A stretch of 64,000 nucleotides of DNA, taken from a virus. A program made the translations under genes and the position numbers. Position 1 is the first letter of the stretch, and each line of letters begins with the position of its first letter. Positions 27,253 through 37,552 of the stretch are shown here, piece after piece. The DNA is taken from positions 1-64,000 of IMG/VR virus record IMGVR_UViG_3300009408_000002. One strand, written 5' to 3'. The notes beneath the pieces were generated by a model. The model saw only the letters and a list, made by a program, of their open reading frames with translations. It searched no databases and was not told the origin of the DNA.

Positions 27253-27768
27253 ATGGAAAATCACGATGAGGAAATTCGAATCCCCGCAGTTCTCATTTCC
27301 AAGAGAAAAGCGCTTCTTCGCAGGAACACAAGGGCCATGACGCGGCTTGACAAACTCAAGTTACAGCAGCACAAGACCGTCATTCAGCCGTCAGAGGAAG
27401 CCTTCAACATCGCCAAGGATGCGCTTGAGGACTTCGAGGACCAGGAATTCATCAACACTGGTCGCCACCCATCGAAGATCGACGTGTCGGAACGATCCCC
27501 TCTGGACGTGCAACAGCACCGGGCGCTAGGTCGTGACTTCCGCGAAGCCCTGAAGCGCCTAGAACAGTCCCGGCTAGAAGTCCACGCAGCCATCATGCAG
27601 TCTGACGAATATACTCAGTCCCTTCGTTGCGCCGAGGCACTCGACGACTGGTCCGAGCAATTCGAGTTGCACTATGAAACGTGTGAGCGCGACATCGACT
27701 GGGAGAAGGGCCTTTTCACTCGTCGCGCATCCGACATCGAGGGGATCCCGCAAGAACTCCTTGCGTGA
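27253..27768 (+). CDS. hypothetical helical protein
   Basis: GGAGG RBS; 171 aa. Confidence 0.6.
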   Translation: MENHDEEIRIPAVLISKRKALLRRNTRAMTRLDKLKLQQHKTVIQPSEEAFNIAKDALEDFEDQEFINTGRHPSKIDVSERSPLDVQQHRALGRDFREALKRLEQSRLEVHAAIMQSDEYTQSLRCAEALDDWSEQFELHYETCERDIDWEKGLFTRRASDIEGIPQELLA

Positions 27769-27771
27769 GCC

Positions 27772-28293
27772 ATGGTCAAACGGCGAATTGGGTTCATCAC
27801 GCTTGTTCCAGACCAAGCAAGGCTTGAACTAACCAAGAAGCGGTTCTCGCTGCTGACAAAAAAGTTCCTCGCAAACTTCGCTGCACAAGAAGAGGTGGAG
27901 CAAATTGTTGCCGATGAGTATCAGGCGCAGTTTGAGTCCAAGGGCGCAAGGTTTGGGGAGCGATGGGTAGGTGCAATCAGTCGCAGAAACCTTTCGCTTG
28001 TGGAAACTGGAGCGTTTAGGTCGAGCTTTAGCGTTTCGGCTCCATCGTGGATGGCTACGCGAGTAGGATCCGAAAACAACTTCACGCTTCGAATCAGAAA
28101 TTCGTTCAAACAGATAGGCCCAAGAACCAAGCTGATTGATAAACCGCTCGTTAGTTTTTTCGAAGACTGGAAAACAGGGCTCAGAATCACAGGCTTGAAG
28201 TTCGGCGGCATCAGCGAGATTGGGGCGAGGCGCATTACGCAGGTATGGCTCAAATCGTTCAGTTCCATCTTGCGCGAAGTAGGGTTCCAGTAG
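27772..28293 (+). CDS. virion morphogenesis / tail completion protein (Mu gpG-like)
   Basis: QFESKG..FGERW...LVETGAFRSSF; basic; position. Confidence 0.6.
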   Translation: MVKRRIGFITLVPDQARLELTKKRFSLLTKKFLANFAAQEEVEQIVADEYQAQFESKGARFGERWVGAISRRNLSLVETGAFRSSFSVSAPSWMATRVGSENNFTLRIRNSFKQIGPRTKLIDKPLVSFFEDWKTGLRITGLKFGGISEIGARRITQVWLKSFSSILREVGFQ

Positions 28294-28803
28294 ATGGCGA
28301 CCGGGCTGGAGCACATGATCGACGTGATGCGAGAGATCATCTTTCGCAAGTGGTCCACGGAGAAAGCAAAGGACCCTGTCCTCGATTTGATCACTCCGAT
28401 CACCAAGAAGCAGATCCACTTCGGCCTTGTCACGATAGAGCCCAACGACATCGCTGTTTCGGTGATCGGAGCAGATGAGTTTCCAGAGGTCATCCCTGGT
28501 TGCGACGACAACTGGCAGATCCCGACCCTGGTCATCCTGAAGTGGTGGATATTTCAGCCAGACATCGAGGGGGCTCACCGTGGAATCATCAGGATGGGCA
28601 CAATCCTCAGAAGGATATTTCAGCGGAACAAGAGGCTCGTACTTGATTCGCTGGCGAACGCAAACGACATCATCTTCCCTGGTCCGATTGAATACAGTCC
28701 AGGGGTAGAGCAGGCTTTTGTTGGTTCAAGGGTCTACATGGCAGAGGGAACAATGCTGCTTAGTGTGCTCAGTTGTGATATACTGACGCCCGAGACGGCA
28801 TAA
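28294..28803 (+). CDS. putative tail terminator
   Basis: size and position upstream of the tail tube gene. Confidence 0.5.
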   Translation: MATGLEHMIDVMREIIFRKWSTEKAKDPVLDLITPITKKQIHFGLVTIEPNDIAVSVIGADEFPEVIPGCDDNWQIPTLVILKWWIFQPDIEGAHRGIIRMGTILRRIFQRNKRLVLDSLANANDIIFPGPIEYSPGVEQAFVGSRVYMAEGTMLLSVLSCDILTPETA

Positions 28804-28827
28804 CAACGCACCGAAAGGAACGCTGAA

Positions 28828-29220
28828 ATGGGCGACTTCGGAAGTTCGCTGGTTTTCGCAACTGGAAGCGAGACCAAAACAGTCAATGTGGTCAGGACGA
28901 TTGACCGCTTGCGAATCGATCGAGCGACATTCGATTTCCTGAACCGGGCGATCAGCGTCAGGATCTCGAAAGGTTTCATCAACCCAGTCTCGCTCATCGA
29001 AGAGTTCATCACAATCGTAGACAACTATCCGATTGATGATGTCTCTGCTCCACTGGCAAGAGCCATCGATGGCAAGTCGTTCACGGTGCCGAGTGGCACT
29101 CACTTCACAGACGCAGAGACCGATTTCTCGGCAGAGAACCTGCTGGAGCACATCGAGGACTACATCTTCGCCAAGTTCGAGGCGATGACCTACTTCAGTG
29201 GAACTGAGATTCCTGCGTAA
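28828..29220 (+). CDS. hypothetical protein
   Basis: AAGGA RBS; 130 aa. Confidence 0.6.
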   Translation: MGDFGSSLVFATGSETKTVNVVRTIDRLRIDRATFDFLNRAISVRISKGFINPVSLIEEFITIVDNYPIDDVSAPLARAIDGKSFTVPSGTHFTDAETDFSAENLLEHIEDYIFAKFEAMTYFSGTEIPA

Positions 29221-29235
29221 GGGAAGGAGCTAATC

Positions 29236-30114
29236 ATGGGCGGATCGCTATTCAGGGACGTGGGGCCGGTCACATTCGGAGGCTCCGCGTTCAAATGCGT
29301 CAATACGGCTACGATTGCATTTGGGTCAGATGTGCTTCGCGGGAAATGCGGAGCGGCTGTCTCTGAACGATACCAGGGCCTCACGAACCTCTCCGTCGAG
29401 ATCACTCTTGAGAACTCGAATCCATTCAGGAAGGTCCATCCTGGGGATACAGGTGAACTCTCAATCGGGATCCCTTTTGCCATTCCAGGGATTGGTGTGC
29501 CATCTGCTGGTCGGACATTGAGTTTCGCCAGCACAACTCTCACGGGGCGTAGCGGACGGATCACGAAGGATGAACTGGCTTCCGGCACGTATACGTTTCG
29601 TGCACGCTCTTCTGACGGCCTGACGATCCCCGTAGTTGTCGGGGGAGCCGGCGCTCCGTTTGAGCCTGCAGACGCAACGACATTTATCAGAGACATCAAG
29701 TCGTTTGCATTCAGCGGAGACCCTGGGATCTCTCCCGGCGATGTATGCGTAAGGAGTTTCGAGTTCTCAGAGAACGCTGAGCTTCTTGAGAATCAATGTC
29801 AGGGCGAACTCTTCCCGACATATGTCGGCATAACGGGTCTCAACCTGGAAGCGACAGCAGTCTTCAGAGATGTGGTTGTTCAATCTCCTGCGGGCGGACT
29901 GACGTTGGGTTCGAAGGGGACGATTACAATGTCTGCGCTGGCTGGATCCACAACATCCTGCATCGATCTCACTCCGTCTGGCTCCGTCAAGATGGAGAAC
30001 ATGAACATCAACGAATCAACAATCACTGCTCGGCATGGTGACTTCGCAGAAGTTTCTGTTTCGTGGACTGGTCACGGCACGGCAGATAAGGAAGCTATCG
30101 CAATCATCACTTAG
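29236..30114 (+). CDS. major tail tube protein (internally duplicated)
   Basis: G/S/T-rich beta protein with strong RBS upstream of the chaperone and tape measure genes. Confidence 0.7.
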   Translation: MGGSLFRDVGPVTFGGSAFKCVNTATIAFGSDVLRGKCGAAVSERYQGLTNLSVEITLENSNPFRKVHPGDTGELSIGIPFAIPGIGVPSAGRTLSFASTTLTGRSGRITKDELASGTYTFRARSSDGLTIPVVVGGAGAPFEPADATTFIRDIKSFAFSGDPGISPGDVCVRSFEFSENAELLENQCQGELFPTYVGITGLNLEATAVFRDVVVQSPAGGLTLGSKGTITMSALAGSTTSCIDLTPSGSVKMENMNINESTITARHGDFAEVSVSWTGHGTADKEAIAIIT

Positions 30115-30145
30115 GCATCTCGCAACCACTGAGGAGGGTAATACG

Positions 30146-30661
30146 ATGCTACAACAAGGACAGGCAGCAAGCAGGCTGAAGCCGGGAGCCATGAACGGGA
30201 AGTCGTTCGTGCTGAACAACGGCGACCCGTTCGTCATCCCAACGCTCCCGCTAGGGCCGAGCGGTGAACGATTCCTCGGCTTTCTGGAAAGGTCCGAGCA
30301 GCAGGAAGACACCTCGCTGACTCGCGATATGTTCAGGGAGTTCTTCGGCCTTGTGGTGGACATCCTCAAGCTGAATTACGAGATCACGGAGGAGGAATGC
30401 GACGGACTGATTGGGATGCAGCAGTTCCAGGACATCCTGTCGCACTTCTTCGGGATGTCGCAGGAGAACGCAGGTGCCCCTCCTACGAAGGCCCCAGCGA
30501 AAGTCGAGGATCTGGGGCACTACCACGCAGACGGGTCGCTGGGGGCGAAACTCAAGGCGGCGTCGGCTCAGAACGCACGGTCGCCTCAGTACGCCGACTT
30601 CTCCGCTGGGTCCGAGCCAACTGCGGCACAACCGGAAGAGACCCCAGTGGCATCGGCCTAG
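30146..30661 (+). CDS. tail assembly chaperone (G-like)
   Basis: between tube and TMP genes; GAGGAGG RBS; overlapped by a -1 frame ORF. Confidence 0.65.
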   Translation: MLQQGQAASRLKPGAMNGKSFVLNNGDPFVIPTLPLGPSGERFLGFLERSEQQEDTSLTRDMFREFFGLVVDILKLNYEITEEECDGLIGMQQFQDILSHFFGMSQENAGAPPTKAPAKVEDLGHYHADGSLGAKLKAASAQNARSPQYADFSAGSEPTAAQPEETPVASA

Positions 30662-30864
30662 CCGAAGGGCTGGACATCTGCATGGTGCTCCAGTCCACTT
30701 CTCGTGGAGTCTCTTACAATGACTTCATGCGGTGGGCAGAACCAGCCGGCGAGGGGCGAAAGATCTCTGCAGGAGAGAACCAGGCTGCGTTCGACAACCT
30801 GGTTCGCAACCCTCTGTTCAGCGTAACACAGGCAGAGCCAGGGGCCTCAGATGGCGGCATTTGA
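30541..30864 (+). CDS. tail assembly chaperone extension (GT-like, -1 frame)
   Basis: -1 frame open 30397-30864, overlapping the TMP start; no obvious RBS of its own. Confidence 0.45.
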   Translation, partial: GGETQGGVGSERTVASVRRLLRWVRANCGTTGRDPSGIGLAEGLDICMVLQSTSRGVSYNDFMRWAEPAGEGRKISAGENQAAFDNLVRNPLFSVTQAEPGASDGGI

Positions 30865-33800
30865 AGACCTGATCTTCAAGATGAAGACCCAGGGCCAGCA
30901 ACTGGCCTCGGGCCTTCAGTCTGCTGTCGCGTCGATCGCTAAGACGCAGATCAAGATTCCCCTGAATGTGATCATCAATAAGAATGAGATCACAAAAGCG
31001 CTAAAGGCTGCTGCGACAGGACTTCCTCCAGTAACAGTCAGCATCAAAGCCGGCATCACGCAGGGTTTTGCTTCGGCAGCAGCAGCACAAAGAGGTTTAG
31101 CTGCGAGGCAGGGTCCGACAATCACGCCGCCTTCCCAGTTGCCCGTCCTTGCGCCACCAACGCTGAAGGCAGCGGGCATAAGGTCGCAGGCTAGGTCGCT
31201 CGGCAAAGACATCATCGGCATTCTGAGGGCGTCCGTAACAAGAAGGAAGATTCGATCGCCCTCGATCAACATCGGTGCTGAAAGAAAACGAATAGCTTCC
31301 CAGATACGCATACTTGTTTCGAGCGACATCCCTGCTGCGCTCAGCGGAATGGTTTCTTCGTTTAGGTCCGGTTTCAGCCGAGCTTCGACTTTTGTTGGGT
31401 CAATCGCCTCTCCAATCAAAAGACTTAGCCCGTTGCTCCGGCTGGCTGGTCGCGCTGCAAGAGGCGCTGGCGGTGCATTCAGGGGAATCGTGCGTGGTGC
31501 CAATCGCGCAAGACGCGCAGTCTCCGGGCTAACACGTGCTGCAGCGGTCCTGGTAGGCGGACGATTCATCATAGGCGGGCCGCTATTCCTTCCCCTTGCA
31601 GCCCTCACGATAGCACAACGCGCATTCGAGCAGACCGCGCAGTCAGGCGATCAGGTTCGGCAATCGATTGCCCTGTTCTCTAACGAACTGTCGAATCTCA
31701 AGGGGGCTGATCGCTTAGAACGAGTAAATCAACTTTTCGGCGAGCTTCGAGACCAGGTATTCGAGACTGCTTCAGCCACTGGCCTTTCTACCAAGCAGGT
31801 TGCTCTAGGGCTGCAAGACATCCTGTCCGCCGGCTTCGGCTTGAAGGATACGTCAGAACGATTTGCCGCCCTGAAGGCCGCAACGAATGTAGCAGTGGGC
31901 GGTGTAACGGATGTCCGATCAGCCTTCCGTGGGCTTGTGGCGATTGCTCGACCCTTCAATGTTGGCTTCGCCAAGGCGGCAGACGTACTGTTCGCCATCC
32001 AGCGGCTAGGCATCGCGCCGATTGCACAGTTGGCCCCAAACCTCGGTCGTGCATCTGCTGTTGCCGCGCAGGCGGGCGTCTCCCTGGATCAGTTTGCTGC
32101 AGGCATTGCGACTGCAACAAAGGCGGGCATCCCTCTTTCCTCTGTCGTGACTGGCTTCAGGCAGATTTTTTCGGAGTTCACAAAGGGTGGCAGTGGTCCG
32201 GCCCGCAAGGCCCTAGAAGAGCTAAAGAAGACTCTGCCCGGACTAAACCTCAATCTGAGCATTTCTTCACTGAGGCATCTCCAGCTAACCGGACTCGTCA
32301 AGGAGCTTGCTAGGGCTGACCAGCAGGTAGTGGGTCAGATCTTTCGTCGCGTTCGCGGGCTTGTCCCGCTGCTAGCGCTACTGCAGAATCAGGCGCTGTT
32401 TCAGGATGCAGTAAACCAGGTCACCAACGCATCAGGCGAAGCTGCAGCGGCTTCTCAGGTCCGACAGCAGGGGCTCCTGTTTACAGTCAATAGGTTGAAG
32501 GTTACGTTTGACACGCTGCTTGCTTCGCTGGGCGATCAGATTGCGAAGTTTGCAAACATAGCTGGGATCATCGATTCGGTTACGTCGCGCATGCGGGATC
32601 TCGGAGAAACGATCCGTGCTATTCCGAAGGGTGACGTGAAGAAATTCTTCGATTCATTCAAGGGGCAGCAGGGAATCGACAAGGTTTTGGACTTCATCGC
32701 TAGGAAGGCGATCTCAACTGTAGCAACCTTCACGAGGGCCTTCTTCAAGATTCTGCCCAGCGTCCTCAAGACATTTGCAGGCGTCCTGGCCATCGCAAAA
32801 AGACTTGGCATCAAGATAGGACTGTTACTTGCCAGGGGGATTGCATCTGCATTCAGCAAGGAATTTGGTGGATTCCTGAAGAAAGCAGGGAAACTGTTCC
32901 TGGCACTTGGCTCCATAGGGGCTGCATTTGGTTTCGCAACGACGATCGGCGATAAATTCAAGGCAGAGGGCGAAAAGCTCGATCTGGTGGGCGCACTCAC
33001 TGACAACATTGATGAACAGAAAGAAGAAGTAATAAAAGCGATTGATAAAGTGTTCAGTAAAGATGTCAATAGGAGGATACAGGAGGGCATTACCAGCGTC
33101 GAAGATGCCTTCAATCAGACGGTAGCCGCGACCCTCAAGATCAAGACGACCGTCGAACAAGAGGTGACTGGTGTTCTGCAGGCCGGAAAACAAAACAGGC
33201 TGGTGCTGGGGCTGAAGAAACTGGGCGAGACTGTTGCGTCAATAGCACCGCGCGCTTCCATGCAGCTTCTTTCACTGTCTGAGCAGTTGAGGATCCTTTC
33301 GGCCAGGGGTTCAAGGCCATTCAAGATGGAGTTCATCCGCAAGCAGAACAGGGCTATCCCGGTGATCGGCAAGCAGATCGGATTGGTAGAGAAGGAGCTG
33401 TCGAAGTTTCAGAATCGCATTGCTGCAATCAACGCCCTCGGCGGCCCCATTGACAAGAAGGAGGCCCTGCAACTGGTGCGTGCGAAGGGCGCTGTATCAG
33501 TCTTGTCAAACGAACTCGTCAGGCTCAAGATCAAATTTGCGGCGGTCCAGAACCTTGCGTTTCGCGTGGTTGTCGGTGAAACAGGGAAGGAGGCAGCACG
33601 TCAACTAATAGGTAGAATCACTAAAATCCCGGATGATATAAGAAAGGCAAGGGCCGAACTCAGGCTTCAGATTCTCCGTCTCAAGGAAGATCTCGCGATC
33701 TTTACAGAGAACAAAAAAGCAGCCTCTATCGGATTTACACTTGCGTTGGCGCGGGGCAATCAAAGACAGGTCGAGAGTTTCAAGTCTGAAATCGAAATAG

Positions 33801-34750
33801 CCTCGAAGGGCATCGAAATCTTCTCCTCGCGATTGATAAATGCGAAGATTAAATTGCAAAAATTGGCCGTTGGTTTAAGGCAAACCAATCCGATCGTTGA
33901 TGGCATCGGTGCATCTTTCAGGAAGTTCATCAAGTCGGCAACCGGCATAGAATTCCCTGCTGACATATTTGACAGGGCGTTTGCGGGATCGGAAGAATTC
34001 AAGAAGAGAATCGAATTACTTCCCGGCATCGTTGCTAGTTCATTCCGGCAATCCGAAAGGTTCAGCCCCGCACCGCTGCTCAAGACACGAGCGACCATTG
34101 AATCGGTTGATGAACTGGAGACACGATTCAAGCGAGCAGCCTTTAATATTTCACAGGGGATCCAGATAAGCCGAAGAAGGAGAGCGATCCTTCCCGGTTT
34201 CAAGAAGGCCCTAGTTGGCCTGCGGAACCGAACGCTGAAATTGATAGAACTGCTATCGCGAGCGGGCAAGGCTTTCAGGAACGACGATGCGATAAACAGG
34301 CTCAAGAAGCAAGCCGACACGATTCGGAAAACTATCGATGAAACAAACAAGCTGACAGGCGCAGTCGAGAGACTAAAGAAGGCACAGATACCAAGCGGTG
34401 CGTCTGTGTTCGAAGCCGTAGCGCTCAACAGAAAGGCAACAGAGGCATTCGTGAAGGCCGGACTTGAACTCGCCATCAAGCCAATCCAGCCTTCTGACAA
34501 CGCCACAAAGCTGCTTGAGAAGATCGTGAAGGCGGTCAGCTTACTGGAGGGAAGCCTTGGAAACATCGACGAGTCGATCAAGGGGCAGCAAAAAGTCGCC
34601 GCCCTCCTCAACAACTCACAGGTCCAGATCAATCACGTTGGTTCTGCTTCTTCTGATACCATCAGGCTGGGGGAAGAAGCTGCTGCACTCGATTTCGTTA
34701 TCGATGTGGTCGCCGATCCTTCAGAGGCGTTAAGGACAAAGGGTAGGTAA
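30851..34750 (+). CDS. tape measure protein (TP901-type core)
   Basis: 1299 aa helical A/L/K-rich; AADVLF...LGRASAVAAQAGVSLDQFAAGIATATKAG core. Confidence 0.9.
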   Translation: MAAFEDLIFKMKTQGQQLASGLQSAVASIAKTQIKIPLNVIINKNEITKALKAAATGLPPVTVSIKAGITQGFASAAAAQRGLAARQGPTITPPSQLPVLAPPTLKAAGIRSQARSLGKDIIGILRASVTRRKIRSPSINIGAERKRIASQIRILVSSDIPAALSGMVSSFRSGFSRASTFVGSIASPIKRLSPLLRLAGRAARGAGGAFRGIVRGANRARRAVSGLTRAAAVLVGGRFIIGGPLFLPLAALTIAQRAFEQTAQSGDQVRQSIALFSNELSNLKGADRLERVNQLFGELRDQVFETASATGLSTKQVALGLQDILSAGFGLKDTSERFAALKAATNVAVGGVTDVRSAFRGLVAIARPFNVGFAKAADVLFAIQRLGIAPIAQLAPNLGRASAVAAQAGVSLDQFAAGIATATKAGIPLSSVVTGFRQIFSEFTKGGSGPARKALEELKKTLPGLNLNLSISSLRHLQLTGLVKELARADQQVVGQIFRRVRGLVPLLALLQNQALFQDAVNQVTNASGEAAAASQVRQQGLLFTVNRLKVTFDTLLASLGDQIAKFANIAGIIDSVTSRMRDLGETIRAIPKGDVKKFFDSFKGQQGIDKVLDFIARKAISTVATFTRAFFKILPSVLKTFAGVLAIAKRLGIKIGLLLARGIASAFSKEFGGFLKKAGKLFLALGSIGAAFGFATTIGDKFKAEGEKLDLVGALTDNIDEQKEEVIKAIDKVFSKDVNRRIQEGITSVEDAFNQTVAATLKIKTTVEQEVTGVLQAGKQNRLVLGLKKLGETVASIAPRASMQLLSLSEQLRILSARGSRPFKMEFIRKQNRAIPVIGKQIGLVEKELSKFQNRIAAINALGGPIDKKEALQLVRAKGAVSVLSNELVRLKIKFAAVQNLAFRVVVGETGKEAARQLIGRITKIPDDIRKARAELRLQILRLKEDLAIFTENKKAASIGFTLALARGNQRQVESFKSEIEIASKGIEIFSSRLINAKIKLQKLAVGLRQTNPIVDGIGASFRKFIKSATGIEFPADIFDRAFAGSEEFKKRIELLPGIVASSFRQSERFSPAPLLKTRATIESVDELETRFKRAAFNISQGIQISRRRRAILPGFKKALVGLRNRTLKLIELLSRAGKAFRNDDAINRLKKQADTIRKTIDETNKLTGAVERLKKAQIPSGASVFEAVALNRKATEAFVKAGLELAIKPIQPSDNATKLLEKIVKAVSLLEGSLGNIDESIKGQQKVAALLNNSQVQINHVGSASSDTIRLGEEAAALDFVIDVVADPSEALRTKGR

Positions 34751-34753
34751 GCC

Positions 34754-35149
34754 ATGTCAAGCGACTGCCCAATCTACGGAGAGTTGGAATTCGACAACGG
34801 CAACGTCGAGCCATGGGAGTCTTTCAACAGGCTAGTGCAGGAGATCCACCCGCCAGGCTTCGACGGGACGCTCCTCAAGCACATGGGCAAGTCCAAGCGC
34901 CCGTTCACGATCAACGGGATCCTTGAGTCAGTAACGCCGGGTGCTGCCCCGATCAAGAAAATCAAGGACTTTGAGGCGGCTGCCAACACCAGCGTGAAGA
35001 CCCTGAAATTCGCAGGCTTCACGTTCAAGAAGGTCCGGCTGATCAAGATGAACTGGAAAGGTGTTCGCGCCGTCCTCCGAGATGGTAAGATGTTCCTTGA
35101 TGTCGAGTACGAAGCCAAGCTGGAACAACTTTCAGACGACACAACCTGA
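34754..35149 (+). CDS. putative distal tail/hub protein
   Basis: immediately after TMP; PGFDG..L.HMGK..R.FTI.G. Confidence 0.55.
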   Translation: MSSDCPIYGELEFDNGNVEPWESFNRLVQEIHPPGFDGTLLKHMGKSKRPFTINGILESVTPGAAPIKKIKDFEAAANTSVKTLKFAGFTFKKVRLIKMNWKGVRAVLRDGKMFLDVEYEAKLEQLSDDTT

Positions 35150-36174
35150 TGCCCGCTGATTTTCCTGACTCAATCCCAATCTTCTCAGTCAAGAAAGAGG
35201 AACGGGACGCAGTCTCGCCCGACCATGACGAGGCGAAGTTCATCAATGGTCGCGACATCAATGCGATCCAAGACGAGATCACAGCCCTGTCGCGCAATCT
35301 GGGGGATCAGCGCAAGGGCGAGGCGACGCTCTCGGGGACACAAATCACGCTGCTGGACGGTAGATCTCAGGTCCAAGGCAACGTGGTCCCATTCCCCGGC
35401 GCATTGTTCTCCGCTGGCCCGGATCCATTTGTCGTATATGTCAGCCCCTCGGGATTGATCGTCTCGGGGACTTCATTCCCGACCACGAAGCACATCCCCC
35501 TGTTCAGCTATGATCCAGTTGGACCATCGATAACCGATGAAAGGATCTTCATTGACTCTGTCCAGCCGGGTGTAGGCACGGCGTCTGGGACCGAGTTTGC
35601 ACCAGGAGTCCCATCGGACTGGGATGCACCTATCCCATCGGAATCTGGAAGCGCCCTGGACCAGTTGGCTGAGCGACTGAACGAGATTGAACATTCGACC
35701 GCACTGCTTTCGGGCACATCGATCAGGATCCATCCAAGATACCCAAATTCTGTAGAGTCCTTTGCTGCAGGATCTGATGTGTCGATCGGTTACGATGTTG
35801 AACCCGCTGGCGGAAGGCGTCAATTTGCTGGCTTCTCAACCACATCCCTGGTCCCAGGGACAACCAAGATAGCATTCAAGCAATCTCTGGCGAAGCATAC
35901 AGGACTCAGCAAGGTGCGCATCGAGGTGTTCAGGTCCGGGACTGGTCTGGACTCTCTGACCCTCTCGGTGTTCAAGGAGGACGGAACGCCAGACCCCGCC
36001 GTCAGTGGCCTCAGCATAATCCCGTCCGGCGTCGAGGCATTTGAATCCATCGAGGCTATCCCGGCGCTTGCTTACGACTCGCAAGAAACAATTTCTGTCG
36101 AGATAGCAGCGACCCTCTCAAGTCCGTCCGGGACATTCAGGACAGGTAAAGTGGAGTTTGATTTGCTGCCATGA
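35149..36174 (+). CDS. tail-associated protein
   Basis: DINAIQDEI.AL and SALDQLAERL fibre-like helices. Confidence 0.6.
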   Translation: MPADFPDSIPIFSVKKEERDAVSPDHDEAKFINGRDINAIQDEITALSRNLGDQRKGEATLSGTQITLLDGRSQVQGNVVPFPGALFSAGPDPFVVYVSPSGLIVSGTSFPTTKHIPLFSYDPVGPSITDERIFIDSVQPGVGTASGTEFAPGVPSDWDAPIPSESGSALDQLAERLNEIEHSTALLSGTSIRIHPRYPNSVESFAAGSDVSIGYDVEPAGGRRQFAGFSTTSLVPGTTKIAFKQSLAKHTGLSKVRIEVFRSGTGLDSLTLSVFKEDGTPDPAVSGLSIIPSGVEAFESIEAIPALAYDSQETISVEIAATLSSPSGTFRTGKVEFDLLP

Positions 36175-36322
36175 CCCAGCCAGGTGTTGTATACAAATTC
36201 GGAGAAGACAAGATCGGTGGTACGGTCCTTGAGGCGGGGACGATCTTCAGGATCAAATACACAAACACCAATCCAACGACAGACGCGCTTGTCGCCTTCC
36301 GGCTCTTCTACATGTATTAGCA

Positions 36323-37552
36323 ATGGTTGAGCTAGGAAGAGCACTCGGGAACTTCCTCGGTGACGGCAGACCGGACTTAATCCAAGACATCCTCGATCTC
36401 CCATTCGGGCAGGTAAAGGTTTTCTGGAGAGATCTAGAGCGGACAGGCTTCGGCACCAATCACCATTTCTACCTGAACAGACAGCGCGTCGATGTGTCTG
36501 GACTCGATCGTTCAGAGAACATCGTGCAGGCCCTCACGGATTCGCGTCAGGTCATCGAACTTCTGACCAGCGGGCCGTTCAACTCTGACGAGCCAGACGA
36601 GATACTCCAGCAGTTCCTGATCGAGAAGATCGGCGGCAGGGTTTTTCTGTCCTGGGATGATCCGCTGGATCCTTCGGACGTGTCCAAGTTCAACGTCTAC
36701 GGATCACCATCAGGCCCGCTTCTGATGCTCGGGTCGGTGCTTGGCGGTGAACGATCTTTTCTGGCCGAGAGTCTCATCGGTGGCACTTGGTCATTTCGCG
36801 TCAATCCGGTTGATCGCGCTGGCAATGAACTGACCTCGATCGTCACGGCATCAGCAGTTGTTCCAGACTCCATCTCGCTGCCAAATAGTCCTGTGGCATT
36901 CCAATTGATCACACCAACCATTGGCAAGGTCACTTGGGCTGGCGCATCGGGATCAGTTGACTCTTATCGCGTCTATGCCAATAATGGATCGGGATTCGTC
37001 AACCAGACAACTCCGTGGGCCGAAGTGCCCTCTTCGCAGACATTCGCTCAGTCAGCAATCAATGCAGGGCAATGGATCTTCATCGTCAGGTCCGTGAAGT
37101 CTGGCGTTGAAACGATCAATTTTGATAGGCGCGTCGAGGTCGTCCTCGGAGGATCGACGCTAACAGTTCTGTCAGGATTGCCTAACCAGGTATCGTTCCT
37201 GTCTGCGGGAGCATTGGCCAGTGGTTCGATCAGGATCAACGTCAGCTATAACGCGCACCAGGAAGCAAGCCTCGGAAAGCTCATCAACATCTACATGTCA
37301 GAGCTTCCGTCAGGCCCCGACTTCACTGCTCCACCAACAATTGCAATCCCGATCCCAACCCACGCACTTGCTTCGGGAGATGTCTTTGATCTGACCGTAG
37401 ACATTGGCCCATTCGCAGAAGGCGTATTTGCAGTCGTCGCAAGGGTGGAGGACGACAATTCCAATGAGGAGCTAATTGGTGCGAGGGTTGTCGTGACCAC
37501 TGACACAATACCCCCAGCAGACATTACGGGCCTGACTGCGGAGGTGCTCTGA
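36323..37552 (+). CDS. tail protein with fibronectin type III-like repeats
   Basis: FLSWDDP..DVSKFNVY..FRVNPVDRAGNE; VTW..VDSYRVY..FIVRSV. Confidence 0.7.
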   Translation: MVELGRALGNFLGDGRPDLIQDILDLPFGQVKVFWRDLERTGFGTNHHFYLNRQRVDVSGLDRSENIVQALTDSRQVIELLTSGPFNSDEPDEILQQFLIEKIGGRVFLSWDDPLDPSDVSKFNVYGSPSGPLLMLGSVLGGERSFLAESLIGGTWSFRVNPVDRAGNELTSIVTASAVVPDSISLPNSPVAFQLITPTIGKVTWAGASGSVDSYRVYANNGSGFVNQTTPWAEVPSSQTFAQSAINAGQWIFIVRSVKSGVETINFDRRVEVVLGGSTLTVLSGLPNQVSFLSAGALASGSIRINVSYNAHQEASLGKLINIYMSELPSGPDFTAPPTIAIPIPTHALASGDVFDLTVDIGPFAEGVFAVVARVEDDNSNEELIGARVVVTTDTIPPADITGLTAEVL

